This document shows positions 39,886 to 50,632 of a stretch of 64,000 bases of DNA, piece by piece. Made by a program: the position numbers and the translations under genes. Under the pieces are notes generated by a model that was not told the DNA's origin, made no database searches, and worked only from the letters and a program-made list of their open reading frames with translations. How positions within the stretch are numbered: the stretch's first letter is position 1; every line of letters starts with the position of its first letter. This stretch comes from an uncultured delta proteobacterium (lineage in GTDB: Bacteria; Myxococcota_A; Polyangia; Polyangiales; Polyangiaceae). The stretch lies in NCBI GenBank assembly GCA_963696385.1, contig CAVOKF010000007.1:736001-800000 (forward strand), given 5' to 3'.

Positions 39886-42453
39886 ATGAATTACGGGGCC
39901 TTCCCTGCCGACGATGGCAATTTCAAGCGCGGAGCATTCAAGCCGATCGCCATTTTGATCGGCATCGTGCTGATCGTTGGGGCCGCGGCGATCGCGTTCT
40001 TGAGCATGCATACGGAAGCTCAGACGCTGACGAAAGAGCAGGTCAACCGCGAGATCCTGGATATTCAGCTCTTGCCGAAGGCCGAGCAGACGCCTCGGTG
40101 GCGCAAGTGGGCGGATGCCGAGAACGAACCCAGGCTCCTGCAGGAATCGTTCATTCACCTCGCTTGGGCGCGGGACAAGGCAAGCATCCCGTCGATCACC
40201 AGGGGCCTATCGAATCTCGATCACGGCGTCCGCGGCACGGCGGCCATGGCGCTCGTGGACTTCGGCTCGCCCGACGCCGACTCTGCCAAGCCGGCCTTGA
40301 TCAAGGCACTCGGAGAGGCCGACAGCAGCGACAAGCCGCAAATTTCATGGGCGCTCGTCGCTCTCAAGGAGTCGAGCGCGTTCGACGCGGTCCTCGCGGA
40401 GTACCGGCTCGGTCACCTCGCTCAGGTTCAGCGACTCGACGGATTTCCAGCGTTCGACGCCGACAAGTTGGCTGCGCTGGTGTCGCTCGACAGGGTGGCG
40501 GCCCTCGCCGCCGACGACAGCAACAGCGTGCGCCAGCTCGTCGCAACGACCCTCTCGCGCGACGCGGACCCCAAATGGACCGACACGCTCATCCGCCTCG
40601 TCAAGGACAAGGACATCGACGTCGCCCGCGAGGCCGCCGTGGGGCTCGGAAAGATCGGCAACGAACGATCGACCCAACCGCTCGTCGAGGCGCTCACCAA
40701 AGCCGACAAGGATTCCAGGGAGAAGTTCTTGCAGGCGCTACGAGACGGAATCGGCGCCAACGGCCTCGTACTCGCCCTGAAGACGATCAATCACGAAAAG
40801 GCGGATACGGAAAAATTCCAGACCAAACAGATCTTCGACATGCTCAAGGACCTCGAAGACCCCCGGGGAGGCGAGGCCCTCTACGGGTACATTGCGGGCA
40901 ACCCGAAGCCCCACTGGAAGGTGGAGGCGGCGATGCGAATGGCCGAAATCGGCGACGTCCGCGCAGCGGACGTGCTGGGCTGGCGCATGGAGCAGGACCC
41001 GCTCAAGCTCTACAACGAAGTCGACTGGCCGGAGCTGCGGCGCGACGACAACGAACGCGTCTTCGCGGCGCGCATGCTGGCCGATCTCGCCGTCATCCAT
41101 CCCGACAAGCGCGACTACCTGGTGAAGACCGCGGAACCCGGCGTTCTGTACTGGGTGGATCCCGACGTGAAACCGCAGCCCCATGCAAACGGGATGCGCT
41201 TTCTCGCCCTGATCGGCTCGCCGAAGGCCGTGACCTTGCTGCAGCGCTGGGCGGATCCCAAAGAGAAGCTTCCCCCCGAGGGGGCGCAGCCGCCCTTCCC
41301 CGACACGTGGGCCACGGCTCAAAGCGCGCTTCGCTACCTCGGCTGGACGAGAACGCCGCGCGCCTGGGGCATCCTCGAGAAACAGCTTCATCGGCGCATG
41401 AAGAAGCTCGACGTGTCGTGGGACTCGCTGAGCCAGGGCGGCCTGACCATCCTCGGGATGACGTTGCGCGCTCTGGGCGTGGGTGCGTCGGACGGATTCG
41501 CGCAGTGGGGCGACCCGAAAGCGTACGACGACCTCGTCAAGTACATCGAGGAACCGATGGAAAACGAGCAGTCGCGCACCGAAGCGTGTTTCGCCCTCTC
41601 GTGGGTCGCGAGCGACGATCAGATGAAAGACGTCGTGAAAAAGATTCACGACAGCACGAAGACGGATCCGAAATCGAATTTCCTTCGTGGCTGCTACCTC
41701 GAAACACTGATCCACCGGCCTGTCCCGGACGCGACGGCGGCGCTGGTGGACCTACTGACCCCGAGTGTGCCGGACATCGAAGTCCGCCACCAGATGGCGC
41801 GCGCCATCGGCATGGGTGGACTGACTCCCGCGATGGTGCCGCAAATCTTCGCCAAGCTGAGCGACGTGAGCCTGAAGGCCGACGCCGCGCTCGCGTTGAT
41901 CCTCGGCGCCGACGCCGACACGGCGGCGCGAGCGATCGCGACCTACAACGATCCGACGGTGCCCGCTGAAGCGATCGAAGAGTTGAAGGACGTCTACAAC
42001 AAGACGTTCGGGTACTGGAGCGATCGAAACTTCGAAAACGGCGATATCGCGCGGTGGGTCGACAACGCCGAGGCCATCGCGCACGTCAAAGTGCACGACC
42101 AGCTCCAAGACTGGCCGCGGCTCATTCTGGGTCGCAACCTGGTCGAATCGGTCGAGATCGACAACGGACCGCATTCGATGACGCGAGTGCAGCTGCGCGC
42201 ACGCCTGCTCGCCGACGCCCTCGGGACCAACGTGGCCAAGCGCACCCAGGCGATTCGGATCCTCAAGTTCACGAAGGAGAAAGGCGTGTTGATGGCGCTG
42301 CGCAGCCAGCCATCGCCGCTCGGCGACCTGGCGCGCCAAGCGTTCTTCGAGGTCATGAACCCCAAGGCCACCGCCGAAAGCGTCCCCGAGTCGCCGAAAG
42401 CGCAACGGCAAAACGACACAGCGCCGCCCGGGATGGGCGGCCCGCCGCGATGA
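39886..42453 (+). CDS. Membrane-anchored HEAT-repeat protein
   Basis: N-terminal TM (PIAILIGIVLIVGAAAIAFL); repeats VRGTAAMAL, VRQLVATTL, VAREAAVGLGKIG. Confidence 0.85.
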   Translation: MNYGAFPADDGNFKRGAFKPIAILIGIVLIVGAAAIAFLSMHTEAQTLTKEQVNREILDIQLLPKAEQTPRWRKWADAENEPRLLQESFIHLAWARDKASIPSITRGLSNLDHGVRGTAAMALVDFGSPDADSAKPALIKALGEADSSDKPQISWALVALKESSAFDAVLAEYRLGHLAQVQRLDGFPAFDADKLAALVSLDRVAALAADDSNSVRQLVATTLSRDADPKWTDTLIRLVKDKDIDVAREAAVGLGKIGNERSTQPLVEALTKADKDSREKFLQALRDGIGANGLVLALKTINHEKADTEKFQTKQIFDMLKDLEDPRGGEALYGYIAGNPKPHWKVEAAMRMAEIGDVRAADVLGWRMEQDPLKLYNEVDWPELRRDDNERVFAARMLADLAVIHPDKRDYLVKTAEPGVLYWVDPDVKPQPHANGMRFLALIGSPKAVTLLQRWADPKEKLPPEGAQPPFPDTWATAQSALRYLGWTRTPRAWGILEKQLHRRMKKLDVSWDSLSQGGLTILGMTLRALGVGASDGFAQWGDPKAYDDLVKYIEEPMENEQSRTEACFALSWVASDDQMKDVVKKIHDSTKTDPKSNFLRGCYLETLIHRPVPDATAALVDLLTPSVPDIEVRHQMARAIGMGGLTPAMVPQIFAKLSDVSLKADAALALILGADADTAARAIATYNDPTVPAEAIEELKDVYNKTFGYWSDRNFENGDIARWVDNAEAIAHVKVHDQLQDWPRLILGRNLVESVEIDNGPHSMTRVQLRARLLADALGTNVAKRTQAIRILKFTKEKGVLMALRSQPSPLGDLARQAFFEVMNPKATAESVPESPKAQRQNDTAPPGMGGPPR

Positions 42454-42454
42454 G

Positions 42455-43048
42455 ATGAGCCGTCACGTCGGGGCCGCGGTCGTCCTGATCGTTTCCTGTC
42501 GCCCCTGGGCATCGGCGCGTACGCCGTCGCCTCCGCCTCCGGTGGAGGCCATGCACCTCGCACCGCCACCGGGCACGACGCTTGTTCAAGCGTGCACGCC
42601 TACGGGGCCCGAGCTCTGCTTCAACGCCATCGACGACAACTGCAACGGCGTCATCGACGAAGGGTGCGGCGAAGCGACCGGGGTGCTGCAGTTCACGATT
42701 GCCTGGGGGTCGAGCCCGGCCGACGTCAACCTGACGATCGTCACGCCGGGCCAAGAGCGCATCCCCAAGGCCCGTACGCGCGCCACCAGCAGCGGTTTCC
42801 GCCTCGACCGCGACTGTCCGGGCGACGACGGGTGCGGCAGCCAGAACGTCGAGAACGTGTACTTCGAGGGACTCGACCCGCCCCACGGCCACTACGTCGC
42901 CGAGATCGCGCTGACCGATCTGCGGGGCGCAGAGACGCCCGTGGCCGTTCGGTTCGGGGCGCGGCTCGGTGGACGCGTGGTGGGCTTCGACGTGCAGCTC
43001 GCTCCGGGAGTGGACGACAAGAAGACTTTCGGATTCGACCTGCCCTGA
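42455..43048 (+). CDS. Putative lipoprotein with metal-binding ELCxxxDDNCNG motif and YfaP/DUF2135-like domain
   Basis: ELCFNAIDDNCNGVIDEGC; LQFTIAW..DVNL..P..LDRD..ENVYF. Confidence 0.7.
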   Translation: MSRHVGAAVVLIVSCRPWASARTPSPPPPVEAMHLAPPPGTTLVQACTPTGPELCFNAIDDNCNGVIDEGCGEATGVLQFTIAWGSSPADVNLTIVTPGQERIPKARTRATSSGFRLDRDCPGDDGCGSQNVENVYFEGLDPPHGHYVAEIALTDLRGAETPVAVRFGARLGGRVVGFDVQLAPGVDDKKTFGFDLP

Positions 43049-43701
43049 TGGTCCCGTTGCGGTTCTTTCCGTGGCCTCTCCTGTTCGCGTCGCTGCACGC
43101 GCAGGGCGCTTGGGGGGTCGCGTACGCCCCCGTGGACGTGACGGCGGCGCGACCCGCGATCGTGTTCCTGCACGGCATGTGGGCAAGCCCCGAGGACTCG
43201 TGCGGCGTCTTCGAGCGAGGAGCGACCCGGTTCGGCTTTCTCGTTTGCCCGAGGGGCAATGCGCCGCTCGGAGACGGAAGGATGTGGGCGGGAACGGCCG
43301 CCGATGCGGAGCGGCAGATGCGAGCAGCGCTCGCAGCCGCCGAAGCGATGGCGCCCGGAAAAATGGATCGCAAGCGCGGGACGCTCATCGGCTACTCGAA
43401 CGGGGCCTACTTCGCCGCGGAGCTGGCTTGCGCGCAGCCAGGGCGCTGGACGGGACTCGTGTTGATGTCGATGAAGATCACCCTCGATCCCGCGTGCTTG
43501 CGAGCATCCGCGGTGCGAAGGGTGCTCCTGGCTGCGGGAGACCAAGACGCGGCACGCGCGCCGATGGTCGGACAAGTCGATCGCCTCAAGGCCTTCGGGG
43601 TGGAGGCGAGGTTCGTCAGCCTGGGGCCAGGAGGCCACCCGTTCCCGAGCGACATGGCCGATCGGATGGTGGACGCGATCGCTTGGGTGCGGGGAGACTA
43701 G
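43048..43701 (+). CDS. Alpha/beta hydrolase (esterase/phospholipase-like)
   Basis: FLHG, GYSNG nucleophile elbow, GDQD, GGH; TGATG coupling. Confidence 0.85.
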   Translation: MVPLRFFPWPLLFASLHAQGAWGVAYAPVDVTAARPAIVFLHGMWASPEDSCGVFERGATRFGFLVCPRGNAPLGDGRMWAGTAADAERQMRAALAAAEAMAPGKMDRKRGTLIGYSNGAYFAAELACAQPGRWTGLVLMSMKITLDPACLRASAVRRVLLAAGDQDAARAPMVGQVDRLKAFGVEARFVSLGPGGHPFPSDMADRMVDAIAWVRGD

Positions 43702-43722
43702 CGACCCCGACCCCGACCCCGG
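43702..43722 (+). repeat. (ACCCCG)3 filling the gap between convergent stop codons
   Basis: TAG-CGACCCCGACCCCGACCCCGG-T-CTA. Confidence 0.8.
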
Positions 43723-43723
43723 T

Positions 43724-45457
43724 CTAAAACAGGGCGTCGCCGAGCCTTCTTCGAAGCTGGTCAAATGCGCCGTCGACCATCGCGCCGTACACCTTTTCCT
43801 CGAAGTCTTCGAGACTCAACCCCTGGCCCTTGATCTTCCACGACTCGGCCGCACGCCAGGTCTTCACGGTCGCTTTCCACGGCGGCCCGTCGGGCGTCGA
43901 GAACGTCGCCGCAAACTCGAACGAGAGACCCACAAACACCGTCAGCGGCTTCGGACATGTGGTGTTGCCGCGAGACCACTCCGGCGCGTAATCGATGACG
44001 AGCGCGGGGACCGAAGACGGCGCCGGATCGTCCGCGCCGAGCGGTTCGGCCGCGTGGGCCGACAGCACGTCCGCCGGAAACACATCGGCGAACTGTTTGA
44101 CGACCGAATCGATGACCCCTGTTTCGTTTTGGCGAAGCGAGTCCGCCGTCAGGTACCGCGACGGAAGAGCTTCGGGGCCGGGATAACGAGGGCTCCTCAT
44201 GACACTCCTGTCTGCATCGGCCATCGAGGTCGACGGCCTCTCGCGAAACCGCACTTCGCATCGCGGTCCGTTCTGCTCGGTCCACGCGAGCAATCGATCC
44301 ATCAGGGCTTCGGTCGGGGCGTCGGGATGCGCTCGTGCTCTCCACGTCGCCAGCGCACGGACGAAAAGTGCGTGGCGCGCGGCGCGAAGTTCGGCGCCCA
44401 CGACCGGCGCCGGGTACTTGCGGGCAAATGCGTCGAGAGCAGAGACCGTGCCGGGCCTTTTCGCCTTCTCGAGCTCGATCAGCAACGCCAGCCGCAACGA
44501 CGCGTCAATCTCCGCCCCGATCTTCGAATCCGCATGCGCCTCCGCGAAGGCCCGCACCGCCTCGACCGTTCCCTTCGCCTCGGCCTCTCGCAGCTGGACC
44601 CTGGGCAAGAGCACGTCGCGAACTTCGTCGGAGTGCTTGCCGCGCTGCGCGAGGTACTGCTCGTAGGCCTTGGCGCTTCCATCCTGAGTGACCGCCCGGT
44701 AAGCGGCAGCATCGCTCCAGGCATTGCGCGCGGCCGCCAGTCCCTGTCCAAGAACGAAGCCGAGCACCGCGGCGATGGCCCAGTCGAAGCGGATCCAATG
44801 GGGTCTCGCGGGCGTCATCGCCTCCGTTGGACCGATTGGGCTCGACATCGCCCGGTCGTGCAGCGGATCGAGCTCCGCGACCGTTTGCAGATCCCCGCTC
44901 TCCAAAGCTAGCGCCAGGTCGCGCCGTCGCGGTTCGAGCGCGGCGGCCGCTTGCTCGGCTCGTGCCGCGCTCGGTGCTCGAACCGCGACCCGCGAACCGT
45001 CGCGCATCCGGAACACGAGTCCGAACGCCGGCGGGGCGAGCCGATCGACCGATTCGACCATCTCCATCGGCCACACGTCGAGCGTCGGACGACGCGCATC
45101 GACGACGCAGCCGGGGAAGACGTAAAGACCCGGCCGCCACGGCAAGGCGTCGAGCGTGGAGACGATGCCGAGCGCGCGCAGCACGCAGTACAGGGCGGTC
45201 GCGAGCAACACCACGTCGACCGTGACCATTTTTGGCCCGTGGATCGCCAACGGGTTTTGAACGTCTCCCCAACCGGCACTCAGCAGGGCGCCCTCGATGA
45301 CGAGCAGCACGGCGGCGGCGGCGAGAAACACCCACGCCGCCGTGCGACGCACGTTCTGGACGAGCAACGGTGCAGGAGGAGCCAAAAGGTGGGTTGCCGC
45401 GGCGAACCGGTCCTGAACCGGCCGCGCGAGCCCGTAGAAGTCGATCTTGCTCGGCAC
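43724..45457 (-). CDS. Hypothetical membrane protein (3 TM + helical extracytoplasmic region)
   Basis: Long ORF; probable GTG start VPSKIDFYGL; repeated AY.xYL/A.xAF helical units. Confidence 0.7.
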   Translation of the reverse strand: MPSKIDFYGLARPVQDRFAAATHLLAPPAPLLVQNVRRTAAWVFLAAAAVLLVIEGALLSAGWGDVQNPLAIHGPKMVTVDVVLLATALYCVLRALGIVSTLDALPWRPGLYVFPGCVVDARRPTLDVWPMEMVESVDRLAPPAFGLVFRMRDGSRVAVRAPSAARAEQAAAALEPRRRDLALALESGDLQTVAELDPLHDRAMSSPIGPTEAMTPARPHWIRFDWAIAAVLGFVLGQGLAAARNAWSDAAAYRAVTQDGSAKAYEQYLAQRGKHSDEVRDVLLPRVQLREAEAKGTVEAVRAFAEAHADSKIGAEIDASLRLALLIELEKAKRPGTVSALDAFARKYPAPVVGAELRAARHALFVRALATWRARAHPDAPTEALMDRLLAWTEQNGPRCEVRFRERPSTSMADADRSVMRSPRYPGPEALPSRYLTADSLRQNETGVIDSVVKQFADVFPADVLSAHAAEPLGADDPAPSSVPALVIDYAPEWSRGNTTCPKPLTVFVGLSFEFAATFSTPDGPPWKATVKTWRAAESWKIKGQGLSLEDFEEKVYGAMVDGAFDQLRRRLGDALF

Positions 45458-45515
45458 GGTGCGTGGCGACCATCGTACGCGCAATTGAATTCGCCCGCGC
45501 GGTGCGGCGCGCCGT

Positions 45516-45544
45516 TTGACGCGATCCGCCACCCCCGATAAACC
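45516..45544 (+). promoter_or_regulatory. Putative promoter of the Fe-S oxidoreductase
   Basis: TTGACG-N17-TAAACC. Confidence 0.35.
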
Positions 45545-45610
45545 CCTGGCTTTGGCGATCCATCGGGCCGGCGTCCTCGACGCGCCGGCCCCAACCCGGA
45601 GCGAACGGCG

Positions 45611-47848
45611 ATGAGCCCGACGGCGATGCTCACCTTGATGTTCGCGGCGTTCGCAATGTTCGCGTGGTCCGCCAGTCGGCGATGGCGGCTGCTCGAAGTG
45701 GGCCGACCCTCGGATCGGTTGGACCACTTGGCGGTCCGGCTGAGGGGAACGTGGCGGTACGCGTTCCGCCAAGAAAAAATGGACTACTACAGCCCCGCAG
45801 GAGTCGCCCATAAGCTCATCTTCTCGGGCTTCGTGGTCCTGCTCCTACGGACGCTGGTTCTGTGGGGCCGCGGATTCTATCCGCCGTTCAACCTCTGGAT
45901 CCTGACGCCCACCGAGCCGATTGGGCTGGTCTACGAGTTTGCGAAGGACTGCATGGCGGTTCTGGTGATGGCCGGCGTGCTGGTATTTCTCTACTATCGC
46001 ATTGTCGTCAAGCCTGCCCGAATGGCCCTTTCGGCCGAGGGACTGCTCATTCTGGTCATCATCTTCACGATGATGCTCGCGGACGTGACCTACGACGGCG
46101 CATCGTTGGTCTTGTCTTCCAAACAAGTGGCATTCTGCAAAGCGTCGGGGCACGCGGGAACGGCGGCGACGTGCGCCGCCATGGGCACCCTACTCGCCCC
46201 GCTTCAAGGCGAGCGGTGGGGCGGAGCCTGGTCGCCGTGGCCGGCGCCCGCCGCGTCCCTGATCGCGTGCATGTTGCACAATGGATCGCCCAACGCGCTC
46301 GTCTGGGTCGCGCGCGCCGGATTCTGGACTCACGCGACGCTCGTCCTCTTGTTCTTGAACCTCTTGCCGCATTCGAAACATTTCCATGTCATCACGGCAA
46401 TCCCGAATGTCTTCGCGCGCAGCTTGGCGCCGGCCGGCCAGCTCGAGCCGATGGCCGAGAACGCCGAAAAACTGATGGAGAAAGTCGGCGCCGCCGGCGA
46501 GGCGGCCGATCCGCTGGCCCTGCCGATCGGCGTCGCCCGCATCGATCATTTCACCTGGAAATCGATTCTGGATTTCTACACGTGCACCGAGTGCGGGCGC
46601 TGCTCCGACAACTGTCCAGCGCACCGTACCGGCAAGGTCCTCAGCCCGAAGCACTTCACGATCGCGCTACGCGACTTTCTCTACGCGCACGAAGAGCAGC
46701 TGATCGCCCACCCCGACCTTGCAGGACTCGACCCGGAACACGATACGCGGCCGGGCCAGCCGGATCCCCCTTCGAACCGACCCGCGGACGAGCCCGATCC
46801 GCGATCGGTGGATCTCGTGCCGAACGTCATCCATCCCGACGTGCTCTGGGCCTGCACGAGCTGCCGCGCGTGCGAAGAGCAATGCCCGGTCCTCATTTCG
46901 TACGTCGACAAGATCGTGGACATGAGGCGAAGCCTCGTCATGGTCAAAGGCGAGTTTCCGCACGCGCTCACGAAGCCGTTCCAGGGCATGGAGTCGAACG
47001 GCAACCCGTGGAACCTCGCGCGCGCGGACCGCGCCGGCTGGTCGGACGGGCTGGGGCTACCGAAGATGAGCGAAAAGCCGGGGGCGACCGTGCTGTTCTG
47101 GGTCGGGTGCGCGGCCAGCTACGACGATCGGGCCAAGAGGATCGCACGGGCGACGGCGAAGCTCCTCAAGCATGCCGGCGTCGACTTCGCCATTCTCGGC
47201 GTCGAAGAAAACTGCACGGGAGACCCGGCGCGCCGCGCGGGCAACGAGTTTCTGTTCGCGACCCTGGCCGAAAGCAATGCCGCCACCATCTACGGCTACA
47301 AGCAACAGGGCGGGGCGCGCGTCGTGGTGACGACGTGCCCGCACTGCTTCAACACGCTCAAGAACGAATATCCCGACTTCGGTCTGCGCGTCGAGGTCGT
47401 CCACCATTCGGACTTTCTCTTGGGTCTGATGGCCGAAGGAAAGATCGTCCCGCACCATCCGGTCAAGGGCCGCGTCGTCTACCACGACTCCTGCTACCTC
47501 GGCCGCTACAACGGCATTTACGACTCACCGCGAGAAATCCTCCGGCGTATCCCAGGCGTTGAGCTCGTCGAGCCGGAGTACTGGACCAAGCAGCGTGGAC
47601 TCTGCTGCGGCGCCGGTGGCGGCCAGATGTGGATGGAGGAGCAGAACCACGACCGGGTGAACATCCGACGCACCTTGCAGCTCATCGACACCGGCGCGAA
47701 GACTCTCGCGAGCGCGTGCCCTTTCTGTATGACGATGCTGACCGACGGAATCAAGAGCAAGAACCTCGAGGACGAGATTCAACAGCTCGACGTCGCCGAG
47801 CTGCTCGAGAGGTCGGTCCCCGTCGACGTGGATCGCCCCCTCGAATGA
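45611..47848 (+). CDS. FadF/HdrD-like membrane Fe-S oxidoreductase (TM domain + 2x[4Fe-4S] + CCG domains)
   Basis: SKHFH; CTECGRCSDNCP; CTSCRACEEQCP; CTGDPARRAGNE; YHDSCYLGR; CCGAGGG; ACPFC. Confidence 0.93.
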   Translation: MSPTAMLTLMFAAFAMFAWSASRRWRLLEVGRPSDRLDHLAVRLRGTWRYAFRQEKMDYYSPAGVAHKLIFSGFVVLLLRTLVLWGRGFYPPFNLWILTPTEPIGLVYEFAKDCMAVLVMAGVLVFLYYRIVVKPARMALSAEGLLILVIIFTMMLADVTYDGASLVLSSKQVAFCKASGHAGTAATCAAMGTLLAPLQGERWGGAWSPWPAPAASLIACMLHNGSPNALVWVARAGFWTHATLVLLFLNLLPHSKHFHVITAIPNVFARSLAPAGQLEPMAENAEKLMEKVGAAGEAADPLALPIGVARIDHFTWKSILDFYTCTECGRCSDNCPAHRTGKVLSPKHFTIALRDFLYAHEEQLIAHPDLAGLDPEHDTRPGQPDPPSNRPADEPDPRSVDLVPNVIHPDVLWACTSCRACEEQCPVLISYVDKIVDMRRSLVMVKGEFPHALTKPFQGMESNGNPWNLARADRAGWSDGLGLPKMSEKPGATVLFWVGCAASYDDRAKRIARATAKLLKHAGVDFAILGVEENCTGDPARRAGNEFLFATLAESNAATIYGYKQQGGARVVVTTCPHCFNTLKNEYPDFGLRVEVVHHSDFLLGLMAEGKIVPHHPVKGRVVYHDSCYLGRYNGIYDSPREILRRIPGVELVEPEYWTKQRGLCCGAGGGQMWMEEQNHDRVNIRRTLQLIDTGAKTLASACPFCMTMLTDGIKSKNLEDEIQQLDVAELLERSVPVDVDRPLE

Positions 47849-47885
47849 CCGACTCCGCGCGGCCCGCGCGCTATGCTGCCTGACG

Positions 47886-48104
47886 ATGGCTCATTGTCCA
47901 ATCTGCGGACGGACGGCCCAGGGGCGTCCGGAAAACGCGGCGTCGCCGTTTTGCTCTCCGCGCTGCCGGCAGATCGATCTCGGCTGCTGGCTCGACGAGA
48001 AGTACCGCGTTCCCACGTCCGACGCGGAAGTCGACGAAGCGGTCGGCGCGATGCAGGATGACCCGAGCGGCACGCGCGACGGTTCGCCCACCGAGAAGCG
48101 GTGA
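47886..48104 (+). CDS. yacG: DNA gyrase inhibitor YacG
   Basis: CPICG..PFCSPRCRQIDLGCWLDEKYRVP. Confidence 0.93.
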   Translation: MAHCPICGRTAQGRPENAASPFCSPRCRQIDLGCWLDEKYRVPTSDAEVDEAVGAMQDDPSGTRDGSPTEKR

Positions 48105-48976
48105 TGCGCCCGCTTGCCGCCTCCCGTTGGCTTCTGGTCGCCGCCACGTGCGCACGGCCCGCATGGGCTCAAACGCCGCCGCCGGCGCCCCCCGCTCCGG
48201 TTGGGCCCCCACCACCGGGATATCCGTCGGCGATGCCGGCCGCTGCCCCACAGCCCGCGCCGCCTTCCGCCCCGCCGCCGGGCTACCCGCTCACGGTCCC
48301 GGAACCCGGATCGCCGACCACGGGCCCCATCTCACCCACCCCGGTGCCCAGCACCCCTTCGGACGACGAGTCGCGCGACAGCGGGTTGGGGCTCGAGTGG
48401 GTTTGGATCCGGGCCGATCTGGGAGCCACGTACGTAGGGCTCGAGTCGATCAATTCGAGCAATCTGCAAATCCAGAACTCGGCCAGCGGCGGCCCCGCAT
48501 TCGGTTTCGCCGCCGGAGTTCGACTCTTGTCCTTCACCGTCGGCATCGCCGCCCGCGATCTGCAGCTATCGGAGTTCAACCTGTGGGAAGTGAACGGCGA
48601 AGTGGCCATTCACATGCGAAAGGATCGCCTGGATCCGTACTTCGGCGTGCGCGGCGGCTATGCCTTCGCCGGCACGTTGAGCGCGAACGCCGTCGATACC
48701 CCGACGGGAGGATCGGCGGGGGTGAGCGTCCACGGCTACAACGCCGGACTGATGTTCGGAGGCGACTATTACTTCAACCACTTCGTGTCACTCGGGATCG
48801 ATCTGAACCCCGAAGCGCTGTTCCTCCAACGACCGAAGGCCGCGCTACCGGCGAACTTCAGCCTGCTTCCGCCGAGCGTGCAAACGGCCGTTAAGGCAAA
48901 CCCCTTGTACCAGGCGTCGGGATCGAGCGTCGGCTTCGGATTCGTGGGAACGGCCCACGTCGGGGTTCACTTTTGA
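48104..48976 (+). CDS. Outer-membrane beta-barrel protein with Pro-rich N-terminal linker
   Basis: Signal peptide, PPP-rich tract, alternating strands (DPYFGVRGGYA, GGDYYF), terminal HVGVHF. Confidence 0.75.
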   Translation: MRPLAASRWLLVAATCARPAWAQTPPPAPPAPVGPPPPGYPSAMPAAAPQPAPPSAPPPGYPLTVPEPGSPTTGPISPTPVPSTPSDDESRDSGLGLEWVWIRADLGATYVGLESINSSNLQIQNSASGGPAFGFAAGVRLLSFTVGIAARDLQLSEFNLWEVNGEVAIHMRKDRLDPYFGVRGGYAFAGTLSANAVDTPTGGSAGVSVHGYNAGLMFGGDYYFNHFVSLGIDLNPEALFLQRPKAALPANFSLLPPSVQTAVKANPLYQASGSSVGFGFVGTAHVGVHF

Positions 48977-48980
48977 GGGT

Positions 48981-50591
48981 TCACTTTGGACGTGCGGCAA
49001 CGACTTCGAACGGTCGCATCATCTCGTTGGCGGCGTGCTCGAGGACGTGGCAATGCCAGAGGTAACGTCCGGCGAAGCCCTCGAATTTGACGATGATTCG
49101 GGTGATCATGCCGGGGTCCGCCCGAACCGTATCCTTCCACCCGGCCTCCTCGGGTGCGGGCGGCACGGCCGCGCCGACCTGTAGCATCGACCGCGACCGC
49201 AGGTATTCATCGGCGTCGAAAGGCTGACGCGCGAGGATTTGAAAGCGCACCAGATGCAGGTGGATGGGGTGCGAATCCTCGGTCAAGTTGATGAACTCCC
49301 AGATCTCGATGCTATCGAGCTCCGGCGTCTCCGTGACCGGCTCGTGCCAGCGTGTGCCGTTGAGCAGCATCAGCATCGCGTGCGTATGGGGGTCCATGTA
49401 CTCGTTGAGGGTCAGGCTACGAGTCTTGACCGCTTGGGACGGCGAAAGCTTGGGCATCGGACGCAACGTCGCGGGCAGCGGCTGCGCCGCTGGTCGCGGC
49501 CCGACGGCAACTCGAAATTGCATCAGTTCGAATGCTCCGCTTTTCAGGACGACGTCCTTTGCGGAGGCATCCCCGAAGTCCACGATCAAGTCGGCCCGCT
49601 CGGCCGGCGCGAGCGTGACGATCGCGACCGGGACGGGGGCCGGCAAGAGCCCCTGGTCGGTCCCCACCTGGCGAAACCGCCTGCCGTCGGACAGCGACAG
49701 ATCGTAGAAACGCGAGTTGGAGGCGTTGAGCACTCGAAACCGGTACCGGCGCGGCTCGACATCCAGATACGGGGCAATCGTGCCGTTCACGAGCCATGCG
49801 TCGCCATGGATCTCCGAGACCCAAGGAGCTTCCGGCACGCCGGAGGTCGGATAGACCAATTGACCGTCCGCATCCAAGAGCCTATCGGAGAGGACCAGCG
49901 GCACTTCGTACGGACCCTTCGGCAGGTCGAGCGCATCCTCGACCTCGTCGCGGATCAGGAACACGCCGAACAACCCCGCGTACATATTCAGGCGTTCGAT
50001 GCCCATGGCATGGTCGTGGTACCAAAGCATGGCCGCATCCTGACGGTTCGGATACCGGTAGAGCACAGAGTGCCCCGGGGCGTACCAATCCTCCGGGTAG
50101 CCGTCGCTTTCCGGAGGCGCCTTCGCTCCATGCACATGCACGACCGTTCGAACGTCCGGGACATGCCCGCCGGCGCCACACAGACTGTGATCGATCGGCA
50201 AGAAGTGGCGACTGGGCAGGTCGTTGTGCCACTCGATCAACAAAGGCGTTCCGCTGCGCGTCTCGATGGTAGGACCGGGCACGCTCCCGCCGTAGCTCCA
50301 TACCCTCGTGCGAGGCACGTCGCGGTGGACGCTCATCTCGGTTTCGCGCATCGAAATGCGGTAATAGGCAATCCGAGCGTCTGGGTCGTGGGGATCGGCA
50401 CGCAGGCCCTCGGCCTTCGCCACCTTCGGGATGGGCAGCGGATCGACGAAACGGCGCAACGCGGCCGGATGCAACGGCGGGCGCGTCGCTTGAGGGCGAC
50501 CGTGCAAGCCGCTGTGCGAACACGAGATGCGATGGCGGGTCCACGGCGTCGCAAGCGCCGTCGCGACCAGAAATCGCCTTCGGCTCAGCAT
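48981..50591 (-). CDS. Multicopper oxidase (CotA/bilirubin-oxidase-like), Tat-exported
   Basis: SRRRFL Tat motif; HVHG, WYHDH, HPIHLH, WHCHVLEH..M. Confidence 0.95.
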   Translation of the reverse strand: MLSRRRFLVATALATPWTRHRISCSHSGLHGRPQATRPPLHPAALRRFVDPLPIPKVAKAEGLRADPHDPDARIAYYRISMRETEMSVHRDVPRTRVWSYGGSVPGPTIETRSGTPLLIEWHNDLPSRHFLPIDHSLCGAGGHVPDVRTVVHVHGAKAPPESDGYPEDWYAPGHSVLYRYPNRQDAAMLWYHDHAMGIERLNMYAGLFGVFLIRDEVEDALDLPKGPYEVPLVLSDRLLDADGQLVYPTSGVPEAPWVSEIHGDAWLVNGTIAPYLDVEPRRYRFRVLNASNSRFYDLSLSDGRRFRQVGTDQGLLPAPVPVAIVTLAPAERADLIVDFGDASAKDVVLKSGAFELMQFRVAVGPRPAAQPLPATLRPMPKLSPSQAVKTRSLTLNEYMDPHTHAMLMLLNGTRWHEPVTETPELDSIEIWEFINLTEDSHPIHLHLVRFQILARQPFDADEYLRSRSMLQVGAAVPPAPEEAGWKDTVRADPGMITRIIVKFEGFAGRYLWHCHVLEHAANEMMRPFEVVAARPK

Positions 50592-50632
50592 CGCGTGCGC
50601 AAAGACCTACCACCGAACCCGGGCGAAGCGGA

